A stretch of 63,982 nt of DNA, filler included, from Reticulomyxa filosa (GCA_000512085.1; 17 parts of 17 records of this genome joined end to end with filler, not necessarily neighbours in it); one strand, 5' to 3'. Positions 38,290-51,599 are shown, counted from the first letter of the whole stretch. Translations and numbers: made by a program. The notes: a model not told the origin generated them from the sequence alone.

Positions 38290-39050
38290 GGATGAACTTA
38301 AGCTTATCCACGAAAGTTGCGGTCAAGTTTTTTTCTTTCAGAAGCCAAGTTTTTATTATTTATTTTTGCTTGTCTTTTTGAAACAGTCGAAGAAGAAAGA
38401 TCCAAATAATTGTTCATAATTGGATATATTAAACATTAAATTAGATGTATTAAAAATTTTAACAAACTCATCGTCAATTATGTTAGTTCATTTATTTTTT
38501 TCATCAGTGCAAATAAAAAATATTTAAATATTTATTTAACATAGGTTACTGTTTTCATGCTTAATTCGTTTCGTTCATCATCCAAATTACTTAAAATGTT
38601 CATTGGGTATAGTAATTGTGTGAATAGTATTGACTATTTAACACTTGATGGCGACCAATTCATTTGTTTGAATCAGATAATAATACAGTCAGCGTATGGA
38701 ATTTTGATAGCAACAAATAAATTCAATCATTCAATATCATTAACATAATAATTATCAAAATATCATTTGTTCTTCACCAGATGATAACATCAATCGTTTT
38801 TGGGATTTCAAACAAATCAACAATTACAAATATTCAATGGACACATTTATTGTGTTTGTGGTATTAAATAGTAGATATTTGTATTCTGGATTATCGGATA
38901 ATACAATTCGATTTTTGGATGACAGAGCAAATAAGAAGGAACCACATGTGATTAATGAAGATAATAACAAAGAAAGAATAACATAGCTTAAATGTGTATT
39001 ATTGAAAAAGAAAGGAAAGAACAATGGAAAATAATCATTTTTCAAATCAA
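38290..39050 (+). pseudogene. Degraded WD40-family pseudogene with shared-module exon (38387-38481)
   Basis: Same intron positions and FRSSSKLLK..G.SNCVNSIDY start as the 34365 gene; many indels. Confidence 0.8.
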
Positions 39051-39319
39051 ATAACATTTGATGATTATCAGTATTAAATCTAAAATTGTGTTGTATTTAC
39101 TGCAAATTTCAAGTGCAATTTTGATTTAGCATTTCATAAATGACAAAGGGATCAGTATGTGAATGTTCTTCTAAAAAAAAGTCTATTTGTGTTTTTCCGA
39201 TCATTTTGGTTAAAAAAAGAAAAAGTAGAAAATAAAGGTGCAAATGTAAGTATATTATGTTGTACGCCTTATCTTGATACGAACGAATAAGATGAATATT
39301 TATTTTAATTTTGATTAAC

Positions 39320-39620
39320 TTCGTGAAAACCTTAACCAAAAACAATCACGTTGGATGTTGAGCCCAACGACACAACCTAAAACGTGAAAGCCAAAATCCA
39401 AGACAATGAAACCATTCCAACATAGCAATAACGACTAACCTTTGCTAGAAAACAATTGGAAGATGGAAGAACTATAAGTGATTACAACATCCAAAAGGAA
39501 ATCATGTTGCGTTTAAGCATTGGAGCGATGCAAATGTAAGCGTTTTTATTTTTATCCTTTTTATTTTCCGAAAATTTTCAATCTTATTTTATTGTCTATA
39601 TAGTGAGGACGCTGATTGGA
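39320..39620 (+). pseudogene. Polyubiquitin relic (one monomer plus start of the next)
   Basis: [57 protein letters not shown], then GGA GCG ATG CAA (G-A-M-Q), an intron, and VRTLIG. Confidence 0.9.
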
Positions 39621-40705
39621 GCACATGCAAATTTGGACAAAAGTGAATCAAATATCATCTACTTCCACAAAAATGTTTGAATACAATCAAAGTCAAAAAA
39701 GATACTAATCTGTCCTGGCAAACACGAGAGCCATAATCATGCATACTTTGGAATTGCACATCAAGTACCCCGACAACTCCCGTTCAAAGAACAGACTTAT
39801 CAAATATATCAACGCTTTGATGGTGTTGAAGTGGCATGTGTATATTATTGTCCTTTGTCCTGTCACAACAGCCGTTCCAAATAATCCATTAAATTCGCAG
39901 TCTTCCACAAATACAACACATCACATTCAAACACACCACAGTGAAAAATCGCACCTCTTCTTTGCCACTACGATCCACTTTGTACCAACACACATGTCCA
40001 GTTCGATCCATACTCACTTTCGTTCCTTTTGCTCCACCAGTAGTCTAATGCAACACCTGTTGTATCTTGGTTTTACCAAACACAAACGGTTTGTCATTGG
40101 CATTGACATCCGAATCCAATTTAATCATTGATCGGATCTCTTATATATTTTGTGAAACAATAATAAAATCTTCATTGTTATTATTAGAGTTGGATATTGT
40201 TGAATATAATTACTAAAAAAGACGTTGGCGTCAGTTATTATTTTTTGGAAGAATATAACATTTTAACATTAATATTCTCCTTTTAAAGATATTTAACTCC
40301 AAAGTACATTATTGAATTGCATATACTTAGGCGTTATTTTGCATTTATTTCTTAAATAATGTAATCAAAGCTGAAATGCCCGACATGCTCCTCACTCAAA
40401 ATAAAAAATTCTATCCCCAAAACTCTACCCCAAAAAAATATGAATTTAAATCTAATTTCCTTTCATTCATAAAATAAAAAACTAAATCATACAGACTTCT
40501 AAATATAAACAGGTTTTTTTTTCTTGATTTTTTGAGTTGTTATGTTATTTGTTACAGTATAATCTATCAGAAAGAAAAATTTTTGGAAGCTCACAACACC
40601 AATGCTATTTTTTTCAAAAAAAAAGTAAAATGAAGAAAGTGTTTAAAAAAAACTATAGTTTTTTTTAGAATAATTAATAACTAATAATACGGAATAAAAA
40701 AAAGA

Positions 40706-41227
40706 ATGCCTTACAGTGCTTTTATTTATCTTGAAAAAGAAATGCATAAAGTAACATTTGCTTTCCTGAGATTAAAAAGATTGAAAGAAAAAGTGACAGA
40801 GATTATTACAACCAACAGTAAAGCAAGAGACTATATACCCCATTTTAAAATTGCTGATAATAATGGTCAGTATATTACCAGCAACAGAGAATTAAGAATT
40901 GCATTCAAAATGAAACCTGTACTTTTTTTTATTCATTTTATTCAAAGTTTTGTTTATCTTTTTTATTCGATTATTTATTTATTTGTTGATAATAACAACG
41001 ATTGACAAAAAAGATAACGATGACGAAGGAAAGAAATATCAAGAAAATGAAAAAAAGGAAAATGAATTCAACAATATCGTGAAATATAAAAGTTTAGATA
41101 CTGAAATTGATAAAGATATTTCATGGAATGAAGCAAATAAAAAAGCGCATGAAATGGTGAATGAAATGATTAATAATAAACTGCAAGGAATTGTTGTTGT
41201 TGCAACAAATATTGATCAATTAGCAAA
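40706..41227 (+). CDS. 5' part of a hypothetical protein with a PB1-like N-terminus (intron about 40947-41005)
   Basis: FKIADNNGQYITSNRELRIAF resembles the PB1 acidic hairpin (D.DGD.I.I.SD.DL..A); truncated by contig end. Confidence 0.4.
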
Positions 41228-41371
41228 NNNNNNNNNNNNNNNNNNNNNNNNNNNNNNNNNNNNNNNNNNNNTTAATTAATTAANNNNNNNNNNNNNNNNN
41301 NNNNNNNNNNNNNNNNNNNNNNNNNNNCAAAAATATTACTTCCTATAATGTGCTCGATTAACAAAAAAACG

Positions 41372-43770
41372 TTACAGAAACTCTGATTCCAATAAACACA
41401 TTGCAATCTGTTCCAACAAAAATTCTTCGAACCAACACTCTTGAGACTGCGGATCGATGTGTTGACATCTTACATGCGGCACGCAGGCTTTGTACATGGC
41501 CAGTCGAAAGCGCTTAGGTTGGAACTCGAGCAGGTTGGTGTAAAAATTGAAAATCGGAATGACGAGCTCGTATTCTTTGCGTTCACAAATGTTGACCAAT
41601 AACGTTAAAATCGGAGTGAAGCATGGTTCTTCGAATATGCGATCGCAAAAGGCACTTCGATTCGCCCATCGTCTCTTGTCCGTCGTTTCGATGGAAGATT
41701 CGACATGTCTGTCCTTGTTTTGCAAATGATTTTCATTATCCCTCATTTTTTCCAAAATGCAATTGAATATATCCACAATGGCAACACCAGTAGCTAGTCG
41801 ATGTATATCTTCGCCGCTTGAGTTCCAAAATCTGCGTATAATATTACATATTATGTATACGTATATGCATATATATTATTACAAAAAAAAAAACAAACAA
41901 AAACATAACATTTCAGAACATTTGGGATGCTTATAATCAACTGGAACATCCAACAACTCGAAATGCCGTACAAAGCGCTCTTTGAACTCTTTCATATTCA
42001 ACAGCAATTGGAATTGAGCAAAGTAAACACAATCGTGAATCAACTCGTTGTATTCGCCGATTTGAAACACAATTAGCGTTTTGATGAGAACAAGCAATGA
42101 TTTGAAGTACAATGCGTTTCCATAGCTGTTGTATAATAACTTGCGAATATTCAATTGTTTGCAGAGCTGGTTCACAATTGTAGTTTCAATGATCTCCGAC
42201 GCTTGCGAAGACAGCAACGGACGCGTTGTCTTCGTCTCTCTTTCTCTCTCTTGTTTTTTGCTTGTTCCATCTTTGGAGCGCATGCAAGACAGTTCCGTTA
42301 GCCGCGTGTCCATGTCCACGCGTGATTGCGGGCGTTTGCATCGCAAGTACTCATTCAACACCAAGTTCAAGCAGTCCAACGCCTGCGCTTGCAACAGCGC
42401 ATGGGCGGAGCAGGTGATGGCCCGGAACAAATGCCGGCCCAAGTCTGAGTGGCTCAATATGATATTTTCCAAAGGCGTTGAGTACGTATCGGCGGCGGAG
42501 GAGCGTATCAATCCGGACAGCACCGAAACTGCCAACGTCCGCGTCACTACATCGCGATGGGAGAAAAACCGGAGCAACCATGATATATTCTTACGATATG
42601 CACAAATGCCAGTTGTGTCTTTTTATTGTTATGCAAAGTACTTTATTTTTGGAACTCACATTTCGAAACACAAATTGAAGTAAGATATACGTGTATTATA
42701 TATACATATATATATATGTATACATAACCTTTGACAAAAGAACTGCAGAAACAATCGAGACACAGCAACCCCAATCGAAACAAATGGAAGAATTGAAATG
42801 AATTAGTGACATAAGTTTTCGTTATGATATTCAAGAGATGATTCAAAATGTTGTGTTGTTCATGGACGAGAATGCGCTGACATGGATTCTTTGTGATTGG
42901 ATTGGGAGTTTTCTTTGTGTTCATCGCACTCTCTTCGCCAAGGCTTGTACCGCCTCTCCACCGGACAATGGCACTAGTAGTGGAACGAAATACATTGTGC
43001 AAGCATTGCAGCGACAAATACATTCGCGTGGTGCGATGTATCCAAGCGTGTGTCCAACGACGTTGTTGCGTTTGCGCATCCAGGTCTGTTTCCATTTCCA
43101 CCACAATGCAATGCAGTATTTCGCGAAAGGCCAGTTCGTGTTCTTTCTGAATCCATTGGCAAAGCCATGCATTACACGACAAGTACAGCAAAACAAAAAA
43201 AAGGCTTCAAAAACGTTGCAAAAAAAAAAATATTAGAAACATTAGAAACAAAACTTTCGTATTGATAACATTAGTCCGTGTGCTGAATGTGAGCCATGCG
43301 TCCAAGAGTTCGAACATGTGTCCGACCACACATGTTTTCATGGCGGACATTTCCGAGCGCACGCGTGTGTTGGTCTGCGTAGGTAGCATGCGCTCCTTTT
43401 CTTGACCTGCGACACTCCCACCAAGGGACCGTAGCCACGGAATGTACTCACTGCGTATGCATTGCGCAATGTGGTCGGCTAACTTCAGCAACGCTGCGTC
43501 GCTTTCGTCGCCCGTCTCAAGCAGTCGCGCCACGTGATTGCTGATGTGCACAAACACTCGAAAGTCGTCCATTGACGAAGGCACCACTTTCAAAAACTTT
43601 TCCAAAGTAGCATTAAAACTCGGTTTCACGCAAATCAACTGTTCAAACAATGCAGGATACATCTCCGCAATGTATTCAATCACCGCAAAGTGTTTCAAAA
43701 AGTCGCTATGGCAAGTGGCATGTTCCAAGCCCTGTACCGCTTGTGTACACAGTCGTTGTTCATATTCTCG
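41372..43770 (-). CDS. Internal exons of a large alpha-helical (ARM/HEAT-like) protein
   Basis: Four consecutive minus-strand, L-rich, higher-GC ORFs separated by short AT-rich introns; no specific family recognised. Confidence 0.6.
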
Positions 43771-43928
43771 TTTTATCTTTTATTATTATTATTATTATTA
43801 TTNNNNNNNNNNNNNNNNNNNNNNNNNNNNNNNNNNNNNNNNNNNNTTAATTAATTAANNNNNNNNNNNNNNNNNNNNNNNNNNNNNNNNNNNNNNNNNN
43901 NNAAAAAGTTCATTATACGTGATGACCA

Positions 43929-43959
<31 letters not shown>

Positions 43960-44008
43960 GTATATGTATACGTATACGTACATGCAATATACACACAAAA
44001 TGTATATA

Positions 44009-44709
44009 CCGTCCAGATTTTGATTGGCGTTGCTGGTGAAAGGCAAAGGGATGAGAGAAGGGGACAAAGGGGACATGACTTCATACGAACTCGAGGAATG
44101 GACTATGCGGAACAAGAGATCGATGGAGTTGCCATAGTTGTTAAGATAGTTTTGGTATTGTCGAAAGTAAGGTGTGAATTTGATAAAGTGCTCTCCGATC
44201 ATAGTTTTGTCGTTATCAAAGGACTTCCAGTCTTGCAACAACTCTTGCAGAAATGCCTCGTTAATGCCGCGGATCGTCTTAATGTCGCTAAACAGCACGC
44301 GGTGGTCATTGCGCGATATCGCCTTGGGCATGTTCTCCAATGGATTCGCAAACAAGTCAATGCACAGCGACAATGAGTCCACATACGTTTGCTCCGTATT
44401 TATCAACTCTTCGATGCTGTGCACGCGCTTTTGGGCCCATTTCAAACGTCGCTGTCGCTCCTCTTCCAACTTCCTTTGACGCTCTTCTTCTAATTTCCTT
44501 TGTCTCTCCTCTTCCATTTTTCTCTCCAACTCTTCCTGCTCGCGCTTTCTCGCCAACTCTTCGCGCGTTTGCTCCTCCTGCTTCTCTCTTTGTCGTCGCT
44601 CTTCGCTTGTCTCCTTCGCGGGTTCTGCATCTTTCGACAATCCGTCTGGGGGGAGATCAGAGCCCACGTCTGCTTCTTCCACTGGCGGTGCTGTACAACA
44701 ACCTCCCAT
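44009..44709 (-). CDS. Dbl-homology (DH) RhoGEF, N-terminal part, with MGGCC acylation motif
   Basis: KRVHSIEELINTEQTYVDSL..LFSDIKTI..FLQEL..IGEHFIKF..YQNYLNNY is a DH signature; preceded by an E/R/K-rich helix. Confidence 0.92.
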
Positions 44710-44713
44710 TCTT

Positions 44714-44716
<3 letters not shown>

Positions 44717-44747
<31 letters not shown>
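44717..44747. repeat. (TCTA)n microsatellite just upstream of the RhoGEF start codon
   Basis: About 7 tandem TATC units. Confidence 0.9.
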
Positions 44748-45278
44748 TCTTCAAAAGATAGTTTTTTTTTTTTAGGTTCCGTTAGAACGCACGGGGTCAC
44801 TGAACTTTTCCAGTTTTGCAAATAAAGGTTTGTTTGTTCAGTGGAAGCTATTCATAGAGGAATAAAATTTAATAAAGTTACACAGCTCTTGTTTTATGTG
44901 TATGTGAGCGTATATGTATATATAATTGAAAAAAATGTGGATGAAGCAGAGAGCCAGAAATAAAAATGTGAAAACGTGTCTTTGTCATTTAAAGAAAAGT
45001 TTTTGTTGTTGAAAGATTGCAAATAAGATGTACTGATGAGTGAATGCAAAAATTACACCTTGACAATTGTTCGTCATCTCCTTTTATTGTCTTTTTACTT
45101 ACACTATTGTACGTGAATTGAAATGTGTATACATACATATATACATATATGTATATGTAGTTGTCAGTCTGTTTAAAGTTTGATATTAAAAAGGAATTGT
45201 ATTTAAGTAAACGTTGCAAAAAAAAAAAAAGATTTGTGCAAGATCACAATATATGCTCTATTTCCAACTGAAAAAAGA

Positions 45279-46460
45279 TTAATTTGATTGAAGACGTCCA
45301 GGAAAAATGGAGTGTGTGCGGCAGTCAAGACACGCCAAATCCTGACCCAATTGCAAAACCAAATCTCTTCCAAACAAAACCCATGTTTGAGTCTGTTGAT
45401 CCCAGGTTTTGGTATTTTCCAAATTAAGGAACCATCGGTTGGGGATCCAAGAGGTGCCATGCAATGCTCCCAAAATGCCACCGACCATCGACGCGGTGGT
45501 GTCGGTGTCTCCGCCGAGCGAGACGGTGTTGATGATGCATCTTTCAGGATATCGGAACCAGCGACCGAGACAATACATCACCAAAGGAACGGCATCGATC
45601 GCCTTAATTTGAAAAAGCAGCAGATTCACACGCGAGGAAAGAGACTGAGACTTGGTCGAGGTGCTGTTCGTGCTGGATTTGGACGCCGAAGTCAACGGCC
45701 GACCGATATCCGACAAAAAAGCAATGTCCTCTTTGTCAATTGATTCACCACTTAAAGGTGGCTCTTTCGTTGACAAATGTCGGAGTTGGTTTCGAATGTA
45801 CTCCAAATTTTGTTTCATTTCTCGTGTTTTCATTTGCTCGATACACAAACTTATCAACTCGTCCATGTCGAATTCCTTGTCACATTTGTTTGTCATTTGA
45901 AAATTAAAAAAAATAAATAAATAAATATATATACATATATATATATATGTATATATATTTATTTATTTATTGTTATCCCAAAAAAAAAAAAATACCAATT
46001 TGGAGTGTTGTTCACTCTTTTTATCTTGTTTTTGTTCTGGCTCTACTTCTGATAGTGTTTCTGATTGCTTTTTATCTGGCTCCATTGCATGTTCTGACTC
46101 TGATGTTTGCTTCTGGTTTGAGGAGGGATGAACAATACATACGTGACGCAAAGCGTACTGGATGGCAATGGCGATGCAAAAGGCGCCGTCAATCGCCTGC
46201 GGGTGGACATGGCTGCTCAAGATCGCGTCTTGAACCACTTCGAACAGCACGCTCGTATCGGCGTTGCGATATACCAAAGGTACGGGGCTAATACGCATCG
46301 CTCCTCCATTTGCAAAAGACCCTTTCATTTTTTCATTATTTTTTATTCAGCTATGTATAAATGCGTTTTATGTGTGTTTGTCTATTTAGCAAAGACTGCA
46401 AAAAATACAAAACAAAATGATGGCTTCACCTGCCGCAAAGTTTTTACGTCCAGTTTGCAT
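45279..46460 (-). CDS. ADP-ribosylglycohydrolase (ARH3/DraG family), 5'-truncated, multi-exon
   Basis: GSFANGGAMRISP, SHVHPQAIDGA, SLGGDTDTTASMVGGILGALHG..WIP. Confidence 0.93.
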
Positions 46461-46488
46461 AACGTCACTACCTTTCAGCACCGACTTT

Positions 46489-46523
<35 letters not shown>

Positions 46524-47697
46524 TTAAAANNNNNNNNNNNNNNNNNNNNNNNNNNNNNNNNNNNNNNNNNNNNTTAATTAATTAANNNNNNNNNNNNNNN
46601 NNNNNNNNNNNNNNNNNNNNNNNNNNNNNAAAAAAAAAAGCAATTTGTATTCTATTTAAGTCATTGAATAATAGTAGACAAGTGTTTTCCTTACTTTAAT
46701 ATTGTAACAAAAAATGTATTGACTCCATTCATCAAGTAACAAAAACAAACATAAGATCATTTGAAAATACAAAAAGTAAATTTGTATATCTGTTAGTAGT
46801 GATCACATTTTTTAAAAAAGATACAATGTGCAAACTCGCACTAAACTTGCAAACCGGGTTAGTCTGCTTTATTCAAAGAACAAATCACAGATCAAAAAAA
46901 AAGAAACAAATAATAATTCACACAAATACTTGCAATAGAAAAAAATTTATAATGTTGTAATATTTGTTAGTTTTGCATTGTTTTGTTTTTTTGACTTTGT
47001 CTATTGATATAATTCTGTAGCTGAAGTAATGCAATCTGAAGTGTCTGCACCACCAGATTAAGCTATCCAACTTCTTTTGCCAAAGAAATAGAACGATATC
47101 TTTGTACGTCTATTTTCTTTTAATCGTTGAAATTTTTTCTAAATTTTCATTCAAATGATTGTTATGTCCTTTTTGCTTTCCTTTTGATTTGGCATGTTTG
47201 CTTTTTTAATTGATTGCCTTTTTATAAGAGTTTTCCTTTTGACTTGTCATATTGTAAACTCAGCACTTTTTAACAACATTAAAGTCTGATTTTGGCTTTG
47301 TTTTACTTTTCTTTTTCGATGTTGATTTTTTCATTCATTAATTTTTTGATAATTAAATTTGTGTGTTTGCATGAACAATATGATATTTTTCTTTTTGCTT
47401 ATGAGTTTTGTCTTATTTAAGGCGATGTATGCAAACTTGTTTCAATTTAATTTTGTTTTTATTTCTTAGCTAAATGAACAAAAAATATGATAGTCAGTGA
47501 GATAAAATTTTGGACATCGAAACCATTTTCATAAGATTATTATGTTCTATTAAGAGCTATCACGTTATTTTTTTAAAGAAACAAGACACAAACAAGAGAT
47601 AAACTTTCAAACCAAGTTTGTCTAAAAGAAAAACGCGTTTAGGTTTTTTTCCTTTTTTTTTTGATTTGTTAATGTGAGTATCTTGTGAAACCAGAAG

Positions 47698-48109
47698 ATG
47701 TCATCAATTGATAATTTCCGAGCCTTATGCCCAGTAATTTTATTTGAAGCTGAGGGTGAAAATGGTGTGGCGCAAGTGTACACCCTTCATTGTGAAAAAC
47801 TGGTAGTGGACATAGAATGTTATGTTTCCACTGCAATTATCTCCATGAAAGGACAATGGACGAACCAAACTGACAAAAAAGTTTTAAAAATTTCTTAAAA
47901 TATGCCACCTTCAATTATTATTTTTTTATGTGTACGTAAAAAAAAATTTAAAAAAAAATGGCTTGTGAATGGGTATAAAAAAACAGTTGGACTGTGTTTT
48001 CGCGCTGCCAACGACCGGGACAATAATGAACGTTTCATTAGGTATTGGAAAAGACCGCATGTTAACAACGGCCATTGTGTCCAACAAAGATAAAGATGAG
48101 ATTATCAAA
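47698..48109 (+). CDS. VIT (vault protein inter-alpha-trypsin) domain protein, first two exons (47698-47880, 47987-48109)
   Basis: LVVDIECYVSTAIISMKGQWTN..|LDCVFALPTTGTIMNVSLGIG..LTTAIVSNK matches the VIT beta-strand pattern (Q.F.N..E..Y.FPLP). Confidence 0.65.
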
Positions 48110-48331
48110 GTACTATATATTTCATTCATTATATTGTCACAATCATTTTTCTTTTTCTTTTTTTTTTGTTTATAAAAAAATTGAAACTCAAACAAATAAA
48201 CAAACAAAAAAAAAAAAAAAAAAAAAAAAAANNNNNNNNNNNNNNNNNNNNNNNNNNNNNNNNNNNNNNNNNNNNTTAATTAATTAANNNNNNNNNNNNN
48301 NNNNNNNNNNNNNNNNNNNNNNNNNNNNNNN

Positions 48332-49277
48332 GCGCCTTAATTTTGGAACGTTTGGCGGTTGACTATAGAAAAAATCCAAAAATTGGTTTTGATATATACA
48401 CTTCAACAAACTTGTCAACTTGCGTCGTAGAACCTTACAATGCGTTGTTGGTGACTCATTGGTTATTAGACCATACAAAAGTTTCTTTATTGTTGGACAA
48501 CGAGGCCATTTACGTGATTTGCCAAAAACAATTGAATTGCCAAACCAGATGTGGATAACTAAAACAAATTAATTTCGAAAGTTATCTCCGCCATGACTGC
48601 GTCTTTGCGATTTAGCGGTAAATTGAACGTAGATTTGAACGAGTTTCAAACGAACTTAGTCCCTTTCTATCGTTTACACCTTATGACTACCGGAATGAGC
48701 ACAATTATTCCAAAAGTTGATTTATCAACCGCGCCAAACGATATCCAAAAGACAACAGATGACTGTTTTAAGCCAGCGAACTGGTTTATGAAATTACTGA
48801 ATTTAATCCTGCTGAAGATAAATATATGGCATTTCCTTGAACTATCTGGTGACATAAATCGAAAGAAGCAAATGCAACAGTCCAATGGTTAAAATCAAAT
48901 AATAAAATAGCTTTAGTTGAATGTGTCCACTTGGCTTAAAATTGTTTAAATGAGATACTAGCAGTAACATTAGAATAAGATGATATTGGAGATTTTAGTA
49001 AAAACGCTGTAATGGTAGCCAACAATACGGGCATTTCGCTTGCATTCCGTAAACGCATTGCCCAAAAGTATGACATTATGTACTTCTAACGAGCATTTGT
49101 ACATTGGTACGTAGGAGAAAGAATGGAAGGAGAATTTGCTGAAGCTAGTGAAGATTTAGGCTTCTTAGAAAAAGATTATTTGAATATGTTGAGCTAACAA
49201 CCAACTGATGATATTTGAGGTGAGATATTTGAGGTGATAACGCTGGCAATGACTCAGGTGACAATGACAATTACTAA
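48332..49277 (+). pseudogene. Alpha-tubulin pseudogene of the divergent foraminiferal/retarian alpha2 type
   Basis: [70 protein letters not shown]; several stops, frameshifts and a 14-nt duplication. Confidence 0.93.
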
Positions 49278-50289
49278 AACTTTTTTATGATGAGTGAAAG
49301 TGAAGTTGTGTAAATGAATTTGTGATGAATATTTTTTTTAAGCAATGTGGCTTTCTTTGTAAATTCGAAAAGATTGGACTTAATAATTTAAAAAGTTTTC
49401 ATAAAATTATCTTTTCGCAACATTTTCAAAAGTGTACAACCAGTTTTCAATTCCAAAAAAATACTTTATATCTTTTAATATTATTTAAACAAAATTTTTG
49501 AAATTGTTATGCATTGACTTTTTGTTTGGGGTGTAAATACCCTTAATTCGACAATGTTTATAAGTTATCCTTTACAAAAAACCTTACTTTAAACGTATAA
49601 AAAATAAAATTATACGTATTGATTATTATTTCGTTAGATGCATGCTCTCCAAAAGATGTTCAACATTTGTACTAATGAAAAAAGAAAAAAGCAACTGCGA
49701 AATAAAGTTTTATATGATCGCCTAAACAATCAAAAAACATATCCAAATACTCTTGGAAGTAGATCTCTGTTACTTCTAGTGCCTTGGATAACTGTGGATT
49801 TTCTTAGTTTTTATGTCATTTTATTGGTTTTTATCACTTTTTTTTTCGGTTTAGACTTGAGAAAACAAAGGTTTTAAGCCAGTGACATAAGTGAACAACA
49901 AGTTTGATCAAATCCATCTATCTTGTTTGATCTCCAAAGATTATGTATGAACTTTGTAATTTTTACGACAATATAGCTAGAAAAACGTGTTATCTGTCAC
50001 ACAACATATCAACTCGACATGTCAACACAACATATCAGCAATATATCAATGCAATTAAAGGTAAAAATATATTGAAGAATGCTGGATTGAATACAGCAGT
50101 AAAGTTGAAAGCGCTTTAGAAATTCACAAGAACATTGTCAAAAAAGCGAAGGAACCTTTCTTAGCAGAGCTGTAATGTTGGGCTTGCCTCATGGACAACA
50201 TGATCGAAGCGATTCTGTTTTGTTTTTTGTGACTTCTTTTTCTTTTCCTTGTAACTTGGATTTTTTTGACGAGATAGGAAGCTGTTCGC

Positions 50290-50380
50290 GACTTGGAAAG
50301 TGTATCCAAAGCGGTAGACATTAACGGCGATGGATATTTAGACCAAGCATCATTTAAACACGTCGTTCATTGCACTCGTT
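50290..50380 (+). pseudogene. Isolated EF-hand relic
   Basis: SKAVDINGDGYLDQASFK fits a D-x-N-x-D-G-x-L-D loop; flanking frames are closed. Confidence 0.5.
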
Positions 50381-51189
50381 TAATCCATGCGAAGCAAAAA
50401 CAGAGGTCAATATTGAATGTAACAAATACAGTATCACATGACTACATGATCACTTGAGTAAGTAAGTCTATGTCACAATTGCAATTTTTGTGTAGCAACT
50501 TTGATGTAATATACCACAATATAAAAGTCAAAGTCGATCTTCAATGAGTAGAATGATAAAATATGGGATTTGAATAAATTGGGGAATCCATCCGGAACAG
50601 AGAAGTGAACAGGAATTTTAAGGGAATTTGACAGAAAGTGTACAACGTTTTGCAAGTGTAGTGTAACGGAGCCTTGCATATTGATAGAAAATTTGAATAA
50701 GATATGAAACAATTTAATTTCATGTTTATTGCACGTAGTCTTTGGAAACTGCGAATATCACAAACATTCACATTTGACTTATCCTCATCCACAAACTGCA
50801 AAAATAAGTGAGGAGAAAAGACGAATGACTTTCAATCCAAGCCTATATAACATTGTCAAGGAGCGACGTAAGCGCAGGCAAAAGTCAAGTGATTCTTTAG
50901 CTTGAAAGTGGACATGTGAATTTGTATGATGCCACCAATGACAAAATGTTGACAGTCACAAATTCGGTAAATTTGTTTCATTGGCTGCAATGAATGTTTT
51001 GTACCATAACACTTGTAATTCTCTTACTTTTCACGGCATTGTTGTCAATATCTTAAATGATATTTATTACTTTTCTTTTAATTTTACTCAAATGAAATTT
51101 TATTTCACACCTGTTCGTCCTCTTCCGATTTGTCTGACGAGAAAGAACAACAGTTGATCACTTTTATCAAAATTTAAAGTAAAAAGAAA

Positions 51190-51390
51190 GGCATTTCTTG
51201 TTGTGACGTTCGAAGATATCACCAATGCTTTGGGATACTGGGATCATCGAACAAGAATCTTTCAGTGCAAAAAATAACAAGCTACTTGCTGCTTTGAGGG
51301 GACACACTGATTCTGTTAATGATCTTTGCTTCCATTCTTCTAAAAATTAAATGTTTACCAAGTTTATTGATACACTTTTAAACTGATGAA
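51190..51390 (+). pseudogene. WD40 relic
   Basis: LLAALRGHTDSVNDLCFHSS.. with stops. Confidence 0.5.
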
Positions 51391-51599
51391 TCCCACTTTT
51401 GAGATAACAAACAAATGGCTAGTGTTAAATCCAATAACTTTTCAGTAATAGACGAAATCCAACAGTATAATCCAAGGTTTCAATGGAAAGCAGAAGAATG
51501 CATCGTTGTGACAAATAATGTTCTTTTTTTGTCTTGTCTAGCTACGAACAAGAAATGCAATACATCACATGTGGTTTTTAAAACAAAAAAAATTTGTAA

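Noticed and set aside
39650-40140. 130-aa plus-strand ORF and GC-richer block after the ubiquitin relic
   Set aside because: No recognisable motif on either strand; probably another decayed fragment.
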